Assembly (NCBI GenBank): GCA_963766075.1
Contig: CAVYAN010000011.1
Span: 1-49,754, forward strand
Length of the DNA stretch: 49,754 nucleotides
Reading direction: 5' to 3'
From: an uncultured cyanobacterium
GTDB taxonomy: Bacteria; Cyanobacteriota; Cyanobacteriia; Leptolyngbyales; Leptolyngbyaceae
Positions 9,414-19,828 of this stretch are shown here, one piece after another. The position numbers and the translations under genes were made by a program. Position 1 is the first letter of the stretch. Each line of letters starts with the position of its first letter. The notes beneath the pieces are model-generated. The model made no database searches. It was not told where the DNA came from and saw only the letters and a list, made by a program, of their open reading frames with translations.

Positions 9414-9830
9414 GGGGATACTCAAGAACAATTGCAGGTTCAGGCTTTCAAGGTGTGAACATGTCGTCTCGACTCAACAAAGCAACGATAGCCAGGTAAG
9501 AACGCTCTATAGAAGCACCCCACAGCGTTCCTATCCCGTAGATGTATCTTTAGGCGAAACCGCTCCTGAGACAGGCAGTCAGTGCGAAAACGCTCACTGT
9601 TAATCCAGTAAATCCACCTAAAACCCACATCTTTGGCAGCCACAGACGGTCGGTCTCAGAAAATAGGACTCAGATCGGCTACTTGACCCATTTCCAGACA
9701 GTTTAGTATGCGCACCCATCCCACCTACTGTCAAGCAACCAAGCGCTCAATCACAAAAAAGACTCCTGTTCATAGCCCCACCTTAGTCACAAGGGCAAGA
9801 GACTCTTGCCTGAGGATTATTCTTTAGAGT

Positions 9831-10403
9831 CTATTTTAATCGCTTGCGCAGAAGCAGCCGCCGAGGACGACGAAACAGCCAACAATACCAAGCGGGTGTT
9901 CCCCCTTGGAATTGATATCCCATTTTGCTATAAAGCTGCCGAGCCGATGCATTTTCATCCAAAACATGCAAATAAATCTCTGAGTAGCCCCGCAATGCCA
10001 CCATATCTGCTGAGGCAGAAAGGAGCTTCGTTGCAATGCCACGACGGCGATAATCCGGATGCACAGCCAAATTCGACAAATAGGCAAAGCTAGGACTAGT
10101 GCTAACAAGGGGATAGCGCGGACGGAATTCGACCTCAATGTTGCCTACCAGGACTTCGCGATCGCCCATTTCTCCCTGATTCAGAGAAGCTGTTGCCACA
10201 AAAAAAACATAGCTAGGAGTCAACGGCGCTTTCAGCCGCTGCCGCACATCCTCCGTGATCCCCAATCGAACGAGCGGTGAGAACCAACGGAGCAGTCCAG
10301 ACTGTAGCGGAAAACTGCGGGCCAGCACCTCGACCAGCTCGCTCAAATCACGCGGTTGAGCAACACGGATAGTCAAATTCAACTGCAAATGCCCCTCAGT
10401 CAA
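9831..10403 (-). CDS. GNAT family N-acetyltransferase
   Basis: YLSNLAVHPDYRRRGIATKLL and NASARQLYSKMGY motifs. Start uncertain. Confidence 0.88.
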   Translation of the reverse strand: MTEGHLQLNLTIRVAQPRDLSELVEVLARSFPLQSGLLRWFSPLVRLGITEDVRQRLKAPLTPSYVFFVATASLNQGEMGDREVLVGNIEVEFRPRYPLVSTSPSFAYLSNLAVHPDYRRRGIATKLLSASADMVALRGYSEIYLHVLDENASARQLYSKMGYQFQGGTPAWYCWLFRRPRRLLLRKRLK

Positions 10404-10604
10404 AAAACCTAGCCCGTTAGCGAACTAGGTTTCTTGCCAAAACTATGAAATTAGACCCCTAAGAAGTCAGAACCCTAAAATCAGAAAACCTACGACTTCA
10501 AACCAGTGATTACAGCCAGAGAAGACGAAATGAACAAAAGATGACGTGAACGAGAATCAAGCTAAACACCGCTAACACCGCCTGGTCTTAGCCCTACGCC
10601 CGAA

Positions 10605-10647
10605 CCACAACACCTCATCCACAACACCTGATCCACAACACCTGATC
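10605..10647. repeat. Tandem 14-nt repeat (ATCCACAACACCTG) x3 downstream of psbT
   Basis: Seen directly in the sequence. Confidence 0.75.
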
Positions 10648-10649
10648 GA

Positions 10650-10745
10650 CTACTTCCCAATCCGGGGCGGTTCACGAAAGGCGATCGCAAAAAAGATTGT
10701 CCCCAATGCCAACGTCAAAACCAAAATATAGGCAACGGCTTCCAT
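10650..10745 (-). CDS. psbT: Photosystem II protein T
   Basis: Manual translation gives [31 protein letters not shown], downstream of psbB. Not in the ORF track. Confidence 0.96.
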   Translation of the reverse strand: MEAVAYILVLTLALGTIFFAIAFREPPRIGK

Positions 10746-10932
10746 ATCTCAAAGTCCTACTAAAGATCCTAATTAACCAGTTACTAATCAGTCTACCAGC
10801 CAATGAATACGTGCATTAAAAAGAGGAGTCTAACAAATTAAAGGGCGGCACACCGATGCAGAACCATCACCCAAATTTGCTAAACCCCTCACACAACGTT
10901 CATTGAATGAACCTCAACTGTCAGGAAAACGC

Positions 10933-12465
10933 CTAGATCGGCTGCTTCCGACGGGTAGATCTATCACCCAGCTTCTGATAGAAGCCCCACTCCACCTGCT
11001 CTTCCGACAGCTCGGGATCCACACCCGCAAATACATCGCGGAAAATGGTCCGAGAGCCATGCCAGATGTGACCAAAGAAGAACAGCAAAGCAAAGACAGC
11101 ATGTCCAAACGTAAACCAACCGCGAGGGCTAGTCCGGAACACCCCATCAGAGTTGAGGGTTTCGCGATCGAACTCAAAAGGCTCGCCCAGTTGTGACGCC
11201 CGCGCATAGCGCTTCACCACCGCCGGATCGGCAAACTTCTGACCATCGAGAGCACCGCCGTAGAACGCGACTGTTACACCGCCTTGCTCAAAGCTGTAGC
11301 GCGATTCTGCCTTCCGGAAAGGAATATCAGCCCGCACCACACCATCTTTGTCCGTCAAGATAGTAGGGAAGTTCTCAAAGAAGTTGGGCAAGCGCCGTAC
11401 AAAAAGCTCTCGGCCTTCCTTATCTGTGAACACCGGATGCCCGAGCCATTGTTGCGCAATCCCGTCGCCTTTATTCATTTGACCTGTACGGAACAACCCA
11501 CCCTTCGCAGGGCTGTTGCCCACATAGTCGTAGAACGCCAGCTTCTCAGGAATGGCAGCCCAAGCTTCCGCCGGGGTTGCGCCGTCCGCCAGACTGGTTT
11601 GGACCCGACGATTAATTTCCTGTTGGAAATAACCGCTATCCCACTGGTAGCGGGTTGGGCCAAATAACTCAATCGGGGTTGCAGCGGCACCATACCACAT
11701 GGTTCCCGCCACCACAAATGCTGCAAAGAACACTGCCGCAATACTGCTAGACAGTACGGTTTCAATGTTCCCCATCCGCAATGCCTTATAAAGGCGCTCC
11801 GGCGGGCGCACACTTAAGTGGAAGACTCCAGCAATAATCCCCACAATCCCCGCAGCAATGTGGTGAGCCACAATGCCGCCCGGATTAAAGGGGTTAAAGC
11901 CAGCCGGACCCCATTCCGGTGCCACAGGCTGAATACTGCCCGTCAGCCCATAGGGATCGGATACCCACATCCCAGGCCCCCACAGGCCCGTTAGGTGGAA
12001 AGCCCCAAACCCAAAGCAGAGAAGTCCTGACAAAAATAAATGAATGCCGAACATTTTAGGCAGGTCGAGCGCAGGCTCACCTGTCCGGGGGTCTCTAAAC
12101 AGTTCTAAATCCCAAAATACCCAGTGCCAGCAAGCTGCCAAGAAGCACAAGCCAGACAGAACGATGTGCGCTAGAGCCACACCTTCAAACGACCAGAAGC
12201 CAGGATCAACACCTGTTTCACCTGTAACACTCCAACCGCCCCAAGAGCCACTCACGCCCAAACGCGCCATAAAAGGCAGAACGAACATGCCCTGTCTCCA
12301 CATGGGATTCAGGACCGGATCGCCGGGATCAAAAATTGCCAATTCGTATAATGCCATCGAACCCGCCCAGCCTGCCACTAAAGCAGTGTGCATCAGGTGG
12401 GTGGCGATGAGCCGTCCTGGATCATTCACCAGGACCGTATGAACTCGATACCAGGGTAGTCCCAT
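10933..12465 (-). CDS. psbB: Photosystem II CP47
   Basis: N-terminus [19 protein letters not shown]; full-length 510 aa. Confidence 0.99.
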   Translation of the reverse strand: MGLPWYRVHTVLVNDPGRLIATHLMHTALVAGWAGSMALYELAIFDPGDPVLNPMWRQGMFVLPFMARLGVSGSWGGWSVTGETGVDPGFWSFEGVALAHIVLSGLCFLAACWHWVFWDLELFRDPRTGEPALDLPKMFGIHLFLSGLLCFGFGAFHLTGLWGPGMWVSDPYGLTGSIQPVAPEWGPAGFNPFNPGGIVAHHIAAGIVGIIAGVFHLSVRPPERLYKALRMGNIETVLSSSIAAVFFAAFVVAGTMWYGAAATPIELFGPTRYQWDSGYFQQEINRRVQTSLADGATPAEAWAAIPEKLAFYDYVGNSPAKGGLFRTGQMNKGDGIAQQWLGHPVFTDKEGRELFVRRLPNFFENFPTILTDKDGVVRADIPFRKAESRYSFEQGGVTVAFYGGALDGQKFADPAVVKRYARASQLGEPFEFDRETLNSDGVFRTSPRGWFTFGHAVFALLFFFGHIWHGSRTIFRDVFAGVDPELSEEQVEWGFYQKLGDRSTRRKQPI

Positions 12466-12735
12466 CGACTACGGTCCTCCTTACTAATAGCCCTAGTTCA
12501 ACGCTTTGCTAAGCATTTTCTTAAAGTGCCGCACGTTGGTCAATCACCAATGTACAAACCACCTATACGATACACCGTCTGAAGCACCCCTGTTTCCGCC
12601 TTTCGGCAAGAGGGGGGTAGCGCTTTGACAGCACATCGGCCAAAATGAAAGTGTATAAAGAAGTGTAACCAGTGTGAGAGGCGATTGCAAGCCGCTTTAC
12701 GCTTGGCGCAGGGTCCCATGGGAGGTTTAGGCGCA

Positions 12736-13134
12736 ATGGATAGGTCAACGGCATCAGAACAGGGTCCGTCTGCTACGTCAGAATTGGCTCAGGCAGAAGA
12801 TCCAGCAGCTACCGTTCCGGCATCAGCATTTGTGCCCGGAACTACCATTAAGTTTGTTAACGAGGATAAAGAGGTGATGGTAGCGGGCGGTGCAAATCTG
12901 CGCTTTAAGGCGCTAGAAAACGGCATCGACATTTATACCTTTATGGGCAAGCTGACCAATTGTGGCGGCTATGGACAGTGCGGAACCTGCGTAGTAGAAA
13001 TTGTGGATGGAATGGAGAATTTGTCGCCTAGGACAGAGGTGGAAAATCGCAAGCTAAAGAAGAAATCCACGCATTGCCGCTTGGCCTGTCAGACCTTGGT
13101 AAATGGTCCGGTGACGGTCAAAACAAAGCCTTGA
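12736..13134 (+). CDS. 2Fe-2S ferredoxin-like protein
   Basis: [11 protein letters not shown]...RLACQ motif. GGAGG upstream of the ATG at 12736. Confidence 0.9.
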   Translation: MDRSTASEQGPSATSELAQAEDPAATVPASAFVPGTTIKFVNEDKEVMVAGGANLRFKALENGIDIYTFMGKLTNCGGYGQCGTCVVEIVDGMENLSPRTEVENRKLKKKSTHCRLACQTLVNGPVTVKTKP

Positions 13135-13148
13135 ATCCTGCTTGAGGC

Positions 13149-13166
13149 TTTGTAACAGGATGTAAA
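13149..13166 (-). promoter_or_regulatory. HLR1-like (RpaB) direct repeat upstream of psbM
   Basis: Minus strand TTTACATC-CT-GTTACAAA resembles KTTACAWW-N2-KTTACAWW. Confidence 0.5.
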
Positions 13167-13238
13167 GGTGGAGTATGATTTCCTCGATGTTCTAAATCAG
13201 TTCTAAATATTTAGGTCTAAATCACTGTAAAGATTTTC

Positions 13239-13291
13239 TGCCATCCTGATGATCCGGTACCATCTCGATGATCCGGTGCCATCCCGATGAT
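13239..13291. repeat. Tandem 19-nt repeat x~2.8 upstream of psbM
   Basis: TGCCATCCTGATGATCCGG / TACCATCTCGATGATCCGG / TGCCATCCCGATGAT. Confidence 0.8.
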
Positions 13292-13334
13292 ATTGTTATG
13301 GTGTTAGTGCTGAGATTGATGAAAGGCAGGTTTT

Positions 13335-13445
13335 ATGCAGGTCAATGATTTAGGGTTTATTGCCAGCATTCTGTTTGTGCTGGTTCCTTCGGTGTTTTTG
13401 TTGATTCTCTACATTCAGACAGCTAGCAGCCAACGTGATTCTTAG
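13335..13445 (+). CDS. psbM: Photosystem II protein M
   Basis: Manual translation gives [36 protein letters not shown]. Not in the ORF track. Confidence 0.96.
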   Translation: MQVNDLGFIASILFVLVPSVFLLILYIQTASSQRDS

Positions 13446-13485
13446 GAATTCATTGGGCTGACCGCCTATAAACGTGACTGCTTAT

Positions 13486-13517
13486 AAACGCCAGGAGCGC
13501 CGTGCTGCTGGCGTTTT
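13486..13517 (+). terminator. Hairpin after psbM
   Basis: AAACGCCAG...CTGGCGTTTT stem. Confidence 0.55.
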
Positions 13518-13601
13518 GCTATGGAGCTTTAGTTGTTGTCGGGCTTTTTGTGGCCTGTTGCGGCTAAGGTTCTTCATGGGTAAAAAACACGCGGCAAGCT
13601 G

Positions 13602-14027
13602 CTATTGAGGAGGCAAGGTTGGAGGATGGCTTGACTGGGGGGCAGTATCTGCAAACTGATCGGGGACCATCGGGTCGATCGCCAAATTTTGCAGAAGGTC
13701 TTGCAACCGCATGCGATGGATGTAGGGCCACCCCCCCGAGGTCTCAATGTCGCGCAGCAGACTGTAGAGGGCTTGGCGGCTATCGGGTAGGGAGGATTGG
13801 AAAAGGGTTTCACGAATTTCTTGGTGTAGGCTTTCCAGCAAGCGTAGGAGTGCGAGGAGTTTAATGCTGTCTCCTGTGCAAGTTTGGGAGAAGGTGCGAA
13901 TGGCCTGGGCGATCGCCCCGAGATTGTCCGCTGATCCTGTCCCGTTTTCCGCTGACCCCACCAAAACTTTGTCATTGCCCTGATTCATTGCACGTTCATT
14001 CCAACTAGGCGTTTCTACTTGCTTCAC
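13602..14027 (-). CDS. Conserved cyanobacterial hypothetical protein
   Basis: LLRLLESLHQEIRE...LPDSRQALYSLLRDIETSGGWPYI motif. Start uncertain. Confidence 0.72.
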   Translation of the reverse strand: MKQVETPSWNERAMNQGNDKVLVGSAENGTGSADNLGAIAQAIRTFSQTCTGDSIKLLALLRLLESLHQEIRETLFQSSLPDSRQALYSLLRDIETSGGWPYIHRMRLQDLLQNLAIDPMVPDQFADTAPQSSHPPTLPPQ

Positions 14028-14046
14028 TTTAATCGAGTTTCTAAGT

Positions 14047-14064
14047 TTTACAGATATTTACAAT
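14047..14064 (+). promoter_or_regulatory. HLR1-like (RpaB) direct repeat upstream of psbO
   Basis: TTTACAGA-TA-TTTACAAT. Confidence 0.55.
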
Positions 14065-14310
14065 ACTGAACAGTTGATGGTTGCGGTGATTGGGGGCGAT
14101 CGTCGCAATTTCCCCTAGGGGCAAAAGGAATCGCTACATAGCCGTGTAGAATGCTTATGAAACCATTGTTAAATCACGCCAGAAATCCAAGCCCATACAT
14201 GAATGCCTCTGTAAGTTTAGCTGGGGGTTAACAAGGCGACGGGTGGCCCCAAGCGGCTGCTTCTGGATTGCACTGGCAGAGATTATATCTATTCATACTT
14301 GAGGTTGTTC

Positions 14311-15141
14311 ATGAGGTACCGCGCTGTAATCCTTGCCCTTGTGGCATTTTGTTTCAGCTTTTTGCTAACGGCTCCAGAAGCACTGGCTCTTGTCAAAGGA
14401 GATTTCACCTACGAGGAAATTCGCGGTACTGGCTTAGCCAATACCTGCCCCCAATTGGAAGAGTCCTTTGGTCGAGGTGCGATTCCGGTGGAGCGTGGGA
14501 AATCCTACGCCTTAACAGATTTGTGCTTACAACCCATTTCTTTCTTCGTTAAAGAAGAATCTGGGGGCAAGCGGTCTGCTAAGTCCGAATATCTTCCCAC
14601 GAAGATTATGACCCGGCAAACCTCCTCAATTGAAGCAGTGTCGGGAACTCTGACGGCTGATGAGGATGGCAGTTTGGTTTTCAAAGAAGAAGATGGTCTG
14701 GACTTTCAAGCTGTCACCGTACAGCTTCCGGGGGGCGAGCGGGTGCCTCTATTGTTTACGATCAAAAGCTTAGTGGCCAAGTCTGCGCCGGGACAGAACG
14801 GCATCAGTCCTTCAACGGACTTTGACGGAGAATTTCGGGTGCCCTCCTATCGGACCTCTAATTTCCTAGATCCGAAGGGTCGGGGCCTAACCACAGGATA
14901 CGACAATGCAGTGGCCCTACCGGGCAGTCGTGATGATGAAGAATTGCTCAAGGAAAACGTGAAGCGTTTCCAACTGGATCGCGGCTCGATTTCCATGAGT
15001 GTTTCTAAGGTTGATAGCTCAACGGGTGAAATCGTAGGCACCTTCGAGAGCGAGCAGCCCTCTGAAACCGACATGGGTTCTCATCCGGCCAGAGAGGTCC
15101 GCATTCGCGGTATTTTCTACGGTCGTATTGGTTCTACATAA
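14311..15141 (+). CDS. psbO: Photosystem II manganese-stabilising protein
   Basis: Signal peptide, then GTGLANTCP, VQLPGGERVP, FLDPKGRG and SEQPSETDMG motifs. Confidence 0.97.
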   Translation: MRYRAVILALVAFCFSFLLTAPEALALVKGDFTYEEIRGTGLANTCPQLEESFGRGAIPVERGKSYALTDLCLQPISFFVKEESGGKRSAKSEYLPTKIMTRQTSSIEAVSGTLTADEDGSLVFKEEDGLDFQAVTVQLPGGERVPLLFTIKSLVAKSAPGQNGISPSTDFDGEFRVPSYRTSNFLDPKGRGLTTGYDNAVALPGSRDDEELLKENVKRFQLDRGSISMSVSKVDSSTGEIVGTFESEQPSETDMGSHPAREVRIRGIFYGRIGST

Positions 15142-15187
15142 CTTTCTCGTGATGTTTGAGTAGTTCTATTTAACGAAAACCCTAATT

Positions 15188-15222
15188 AAAAACCCCCCAG
15201 GGCTAAGCCCTGGGGGGTTTTT
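15188..15222. terminator. Bidirectional intrinsic terminator between psbO and ileS
   Basis: AAAAACCCCCCAGGGCT-A-AGCCCTGGGGGGTTTTT. Confidence 0.85.
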
Positions 15223-15366
15223 ATGGATGATTGTCGTTCGATTTTGATTGCTGGAGTTAGGGGCGATCGCCCCGGCAACCTAAAATTGTTCGTCTCCAGG
15301 GATAGATTTTCCGATCCAGATTGCCCCCACAACACGCGCTTAAATCCAGGATTAAAAGTACCAGGA

Positions 15367-18249
15367 TTAAAAGCTGCCCGTGAGGGCAGAAACACAGCGA
15401 TCGCACAATAAGGGATGCTCGGGCACTGTACCCACGTGGGGAGAATAGTTCCAGCAGCGATCGCACTTATGGCCCTCGGCCTGCACCACACCAATGCCGA
15501 GATCCTCGGTTTGAGTGGTGTATTCTACATGGGCGAGGCGATCGTTCGTTTCCAGCAGCTCCACCTGGGAAGTCAGGAACAAGTACCGCAGTTCATCCAC
15601 ACCGTTCCCGCTCAAACTATCGGCAGGATTGAAGTCGGCCAGGGTTTGGCGTAATTCAGGATTGGGCACATAGAGCAGTAGTTTGGCCTCCAGAGAGGAG
15701 CCGATCGCCTTATGGGTCCGGGCTTGTTCCAGCACTTGATTGGCTTCGGCGCGCAGGCTGCGGAGGATTTGCCATTTTTCCGCGAGTTGAGGTTGGTACC
15801 ACTCCGGATCCAGGTGGACCCAACCCGCTTGGAAGACAGACGAGTAAGGCTGGGCATAGGGCAGGAATTGCCAAATATCCTCGGCCATATGGGACAAGAC
15901 CGGGGCGATCGCCTTGGCCAAGTTTTCCAGCGCAATCGCCAGCACCATCTGGCAACTGCGCCGCCGTGTCGCATCCGCCGCACTGATATACAACCGATCT
16001 TTAGCAATATCCAGATAAAAATTGGACAAATCCACAACGCAGAAGTTTTGCACCGTTTGAAAAAAGCGGAAGAATTGGAAAGTGGTGAACGCGTCATTAA
16101 TTTCACCAAATACTTCCGTGATGCGGTGCAGCATATAGCGATCCAATTCCGGTAGTTCCGCATAGGGTATGGCCTGGATCGCCGGATCAAAGTCATGTAG
16201 ATTACCCAGCAAAAACCGCGCCGTATTGCGGATCTTGCGATAAACGTCGGACATTTGCTTGAGGATATTTTTGCCAATCAATACATCAGCAGAGTAGTCC
16301 ACAGACGAAACCCAAAGGCGCAATACATCAGCCCCATAGGGCGGATCGACCTTCTGGTTTTTGCCGCCTTCAATAATGAGTGATGGCTCGAGAATATTAC
16401 CCAGGGATTTGCTCATCTTGCGTCCGTTTTCATCCAGAGCAAAGCCATGGGTCAGCACCGTTTTATAGGGCGCACACCCATTCGCGGCCACACTGGTCAA
16501 CAAACTGGATTGAAACCAGCCCCGATGTTGATCAGAGCCTTCCAAATACATGTCCGCCGGGTAGCCCAACTCCTCTCGCAACATCGCGACTGCCGCCCAG
16601 GAAGAACCGGAGTCAAACCAGACATCCATGGTGTCAGTGCCTTTGCGATAGGTATGCCCGTTGTTGCGGTACGCTTCCGGCAACAATTCTGCCGTGGAAA
16701 GTTCCCACCAGGCATCCGACCCCTGCTCGGCAATGATGGCTTTGACGTGGTTGATAGTTGTGGCGTTGAGTAGCGGTTCCTGGGTGGCTTCGTCATAAAA
16801 CACTGGAATCGGCACCCCCCAACTGCGCTGGCGGGAAATGCACCAGTCCGATCGCTCCGCCACCATCGGGGTAATCCGGTTTTCACCTTGAGCCGGAATC
16901 CATTGCACCGAGGCGATCGCCGCTAGGGCCTCATCCCGGAACCCCTCCACCGACGCAAACCACTGCTCCGTTGCCCGGAAAATCGTTGGCTTCTTGGTGC
17001 GCCAATCATAGGGGTACTTGTGCGCATAGGGTTCTTCCTTCAGCAGCGCCCCGGCAGCCTGCATCGCGGCAATGACGGCTGTATTGCCCTCGCCCAGAAC
17101 GTTTAATCCAGCAAAGGGCCCTGCTTCGGCGGTAAAATTGCCATCGCCATCCACCGGGGCCAAAATGGGTAACCCGTAGCGCAGACCGACCTGATAGTCT
17201 TCCTGCCCGTGCCCAGGAGCCGTATGCACCAAGCCAGTCCCGGACTCCGTCGTGACGTAATCGCCGCCGATGACGATTTCACTGCGGCGATCGTAGAGGG
17301 GATGGCGATAAATCGTATGCTCAAGCAATCGACCCATTGCCGAGGCCCTCTGGGTCAGGGTTGTCCCCAAAACTGCCGCCAATCGTTCCACCAAATCCTG
17401 CGCTACGAGCAGATATTTGAACTGGCCCGGGGCGTTCTTGCCCACTTCCACCACGGCATAGACCAACTCGGGATTCACACTCACGGCCAAATTCCCAGGC
17501 AGCGTCCAGGGCGTGGTCGTCCAAATAGCCACACCCAGTTCACCCAAAAATGGATCGAAGGGCATTTGCAGGGCGGCGGGCAAAGCCGTAATTTCAAAGG
17601 CCGCATAAACACTGCGGGAGATGTGCCCTTCGGGGTATTCCAATTCCGCTTCGGCTAAGGCCGTTTTGGAGCTAGGACTCCAGTGGACAGGTTTTAAACC
17701 CCGGTAGATGTATCCCTTCAGCGCCATGCGGCCAAAGACATCAATCTGGGCCGCCTCGTACTCAGGCTTCAGGGTCAGATAGGGGTTTTGCCAATCTCCC
17801 CACACGCCCAAGCGTTGAAAACTGGTGCTTTGCTGCTCGACAGTTTTGAGGGCAAAGGCCGCCGCCTTTTTACGCAATTGGATCGGTGTGAGTTGACGGC
17901 GTTCTTCCGGCTTTAGATCCTGCAACACTTTGAGTTCGATCGGCAGGCCGTGGCAATCCCAACCGGGGACGTAGCGGACCTTACGCCCCTGTAAAAGCTG
18001 GTATTTATTAATGATGTCCTTCAGGACCTTATTGAGGGCATGGCCCATGTGCAGGGTGCCGTTGGCGTAGGGCGGACCATCGTGCAGGATGAAGCGATCG
18101 CCCGGATTTTCCTGGGACAGGGTCTCATAAATCTGCTGCTCTGCCCAGAAGGTTTGCAGTTCCGGTTCGCGTTTAACGGCGTTGGCCCGCATGTCAAAAT
18201 TTGTTTTGGGCAGGTTAACGGTATCTTTGTAAGCGCCTGATTCTGTCAC
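15367..18249 (-). CDS. ileS: Isoleucine--tRNA ligase
   Basis: LHDGPPYANGTLHMGH, KMSKS and C-terminal CDRC...CDRC zinc site. GTG start at 18249 inferred (MTESGAYKDTVNLP). Confidence 0.97.
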   Translation of the reverse strand: MTESGAYKDTVNLPKTNFDMRANAVKREPELQTFWAEQQIYETLSQENPGDRFILHDGPPYANGTLHMGHALNKVLKDIINKYQLLQGRKVRYVPGWDCHGLPIELKVLQDLKPEERRQLTPIQLRKKAAAFALKTVEQQSTSFQRLGVWGDWQNPYLTLKPEYEAAQIDVFGRMALKGYIYRGLKPVHWSPSSKTALAEAELEYPEGHISRSVYAAFEITALPAALQMPFDPFLGELGVAIWTTTPWTLPGNLAVSVNPELVYAVVEVGKNAPGQFKYLLVAQDLVERLAAVLGTTLTQRASAMGRLLEHTIYRHPLYDRRSEIVIGGDYVTTESGTGLVHTAPGHGQEDYQVGLRYGLPILAPVDGDGNFTAEAGPFAGLNVLGEGNTAVIAAMQAAGALLKEEPYAHKYPYDWRTKKPTIFRATEQWFASVEGFRDEALAAIASVQWIPAQGENRITPMVAERSDWCISRQRSWGVPIPVFYDEATQEPLLNATTINHVKAIIAEQGSDAWWELSTAELLPEAYRNNGHTYRKGTDTMDVWFDSGSSWAAVAMLREELGYPADMYLEGSDQHRGWFQSSLLTSVAANGCAPYKTVLTHGFALDENGRKMSKSLGNILEPSLIIEGGKNQKVDPPYGADVLRLWVSSVDYSADVLIGKNILKQMSDVYRKIRNTARFLLGNLHDFDPAIQAIPYAELPELDRYMLHRITEVFGEINDAFTTFQFFRFFQTVQNFCVVDLSNFYLDIAKDRLYISAADATRRRSCQMVLAIALENLAKAIAPVLSHMAEDIWQFLPYAQPYSSVFQAGWVHLDPEWYQPQLAEKWQILRSLRAEANQVLEQARTHKAIGSSLEAKLLLYVPNPELRQTLADFNPADSLSGNGVDELRYLFLTSQVELLETNDRLAHVEYTTQTEDLGIGVVQAEGHKCDRCWNYSPHVGTVPEHPLLCDRCVSALTGSF

Positions 18250-18541
18250 AGTTTTAATCGGAGTAAGGGGCGAAGAGTCAATATTAAGGGGGCGCAGACT
18301 AATCCACGCGATTGCAGACGCCCCCAATCATTATTGATTATTGCGGACAAGCGGATGTTGCCACAAGTTTAACGAATTCCACTGGGTTCTCCAGAGATAT
18401 TAGTCCTGGGCCCAGAAGATATCAGTCCTGGGCCCAGAAGACAATTCCTGTAAAGGGTCTGTAAAGACCTATGTATTTCTCAATACGCCGCCTCAGAAGG
18501 TTCCACAATAGAGAGGCAAACTGTAAATAGCCCGTGATGCT

Positions 18542-18760
18542 GTGTCAAAATCTATGACCCACAGTGAAACAACCCTGTGTCTGAATCTAGCAAGAATGCT
18601 GAATCTTGTTGTATCCAGCCGAAGTATCAACGGTATTCTGCACGTGTATGATGCTGCCGGTCGCTCTCAACCTTTAGGGCGATTTGTTGAGGACTATCCG
18701 CTGGAACGTCTACAAGCCATGGTGGAGCGCGATCGCCTCCGAAACAAATCCGCCAGTTAA
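18542..18760 (+). CDS. Small hypothetical protein
   Basis: 72-aa ORF filling the intergenic gap. Alternative ATG at 18554. Confidence 0.5.
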   Translation: MSKSMTHSETTLCLNLARMLNLVVSSRSINGILHVYDAAGRSQPLGRFVEDYPLERLQAMVERDRLRNKSAS

Positions 18761-18908
18761 ATCGATAGCTCACCCTTGCAGTCTCCGAACGTCTGAAAGG
18801 TCTGAAGCCTCTCAAAGGTCTAAAGCAGAGCTCAATCATCTGCCGCAAAACATCTGCTGCAAAAAGCATCTTTTCTTAGGCCCGACAGCACTTTAGCCCG
18901 ACAGCACT

Positions 18909-19763
18909 TTAGCCCGATAACACCAACGCTTGGATACCTTGAAAGATTAGATGGGCATTGAGGCTAATTCCGATTGTCGGGTCCATTTGTTGCAAGCCCG
19001 CATAGAGGCGATCGCCGTCTCCTCCAGTGATGACCACGGGGCGATCTGGAAATTGGTGTCTCCAGTCCTGGATAAAGTTTTGTAGGCTGGCCAGAAGCGT
19101 ATAGATAACGCCGCTGGCGATCGCGCCAGTCGTGTCCTTGGCCCAGCGCTGGGGCAGAAATGTTAAATCCAACGCAGATACTTCGGGCAACGCTGCGGTC
19201 GATTGCCCTAAAGCCTGAAGTTGCACGCGTAGACCGGGCAAAATGGCTCCGCCAAGGAGATGATGCTGGCGGTCCACTGCCGTGAAGGTCAAAGCTGTTC
19301 CCGCATCAATCACCAAGACGGGAGCGGAGAATAGATCAATGGCTCCCCACAGGGTTAGGGCGCGATCTATCCCAAAGCTGGCATACATGCCGCCTAGAGG
19401 AATGTGGCCCAGGTTCAAGAAGTGGGCCTGGGGGTAAGCCGCCCACAACTGGCTCTGCTGAGGAACCACGGAGGCGATGTACAGGGAGGGCTGAGGCGGG
19501 AGTTGGGCCAGGATGTCTCTCACCGCAGGCTCAACGCCTCCCCTCAAAAAACCTTCAGCCTCGGGAAAGCTGCTAGCGGTGCTGAAATTAAAGTTAGCGG
19601 GAATCCCACCTGCATTTGGGGCCAGATGGGGTGTATGCCAAACCTGCACTAACGATTGGCCCGGTGGTCTCACCGCTCGATCATCGGTGAAGGCGGCCCA
19701 GTGCAAGCGGGAATTACCAATCGCTAAGGCCAACCAACCGGGCGATCGCGGATTTTCCGTCAT
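18909..19763 (-). CDS. coaX: Type III pantothenate kinase
   Basis: Motifs LAIGNSRLHWA, GIDRAL, VIDAGTALT, GGAILPG and VITGGDG. Confidence 0.92.
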   Translation of the reverse strand: MTENPRSPGWLALAIGNSRLHWAAFTDDRAVRPPGQSLVQVWHTPHLAPNAGGIPANFNFSTASSFPEAEGFLRGGVEPAVRDILAQLPPQPSLYIASVVPQQSQLWAAYPQAHFLNLGHIPLGGMYASFGIDRALTLWGAIDLFSAPVLVIDAGTALTFTAVDRQHHLLGGAILPGLRVQLQALGQSTAALPEVSALDLTFLPQRWAKDTTGAIASGVIYTLLASLQNFIQDWRHQFPDRPVVITGGDGDRLYAGLQQMDPTIGISLNAHLIFQGIQALVLSG

Positions 19764-19828
19764 CTTCCTAGCGCTCCAGGTATGCGGGGCATCCCCCAGC
19801 ACCAAATTCAAATGATAGTCTAAGGCTA

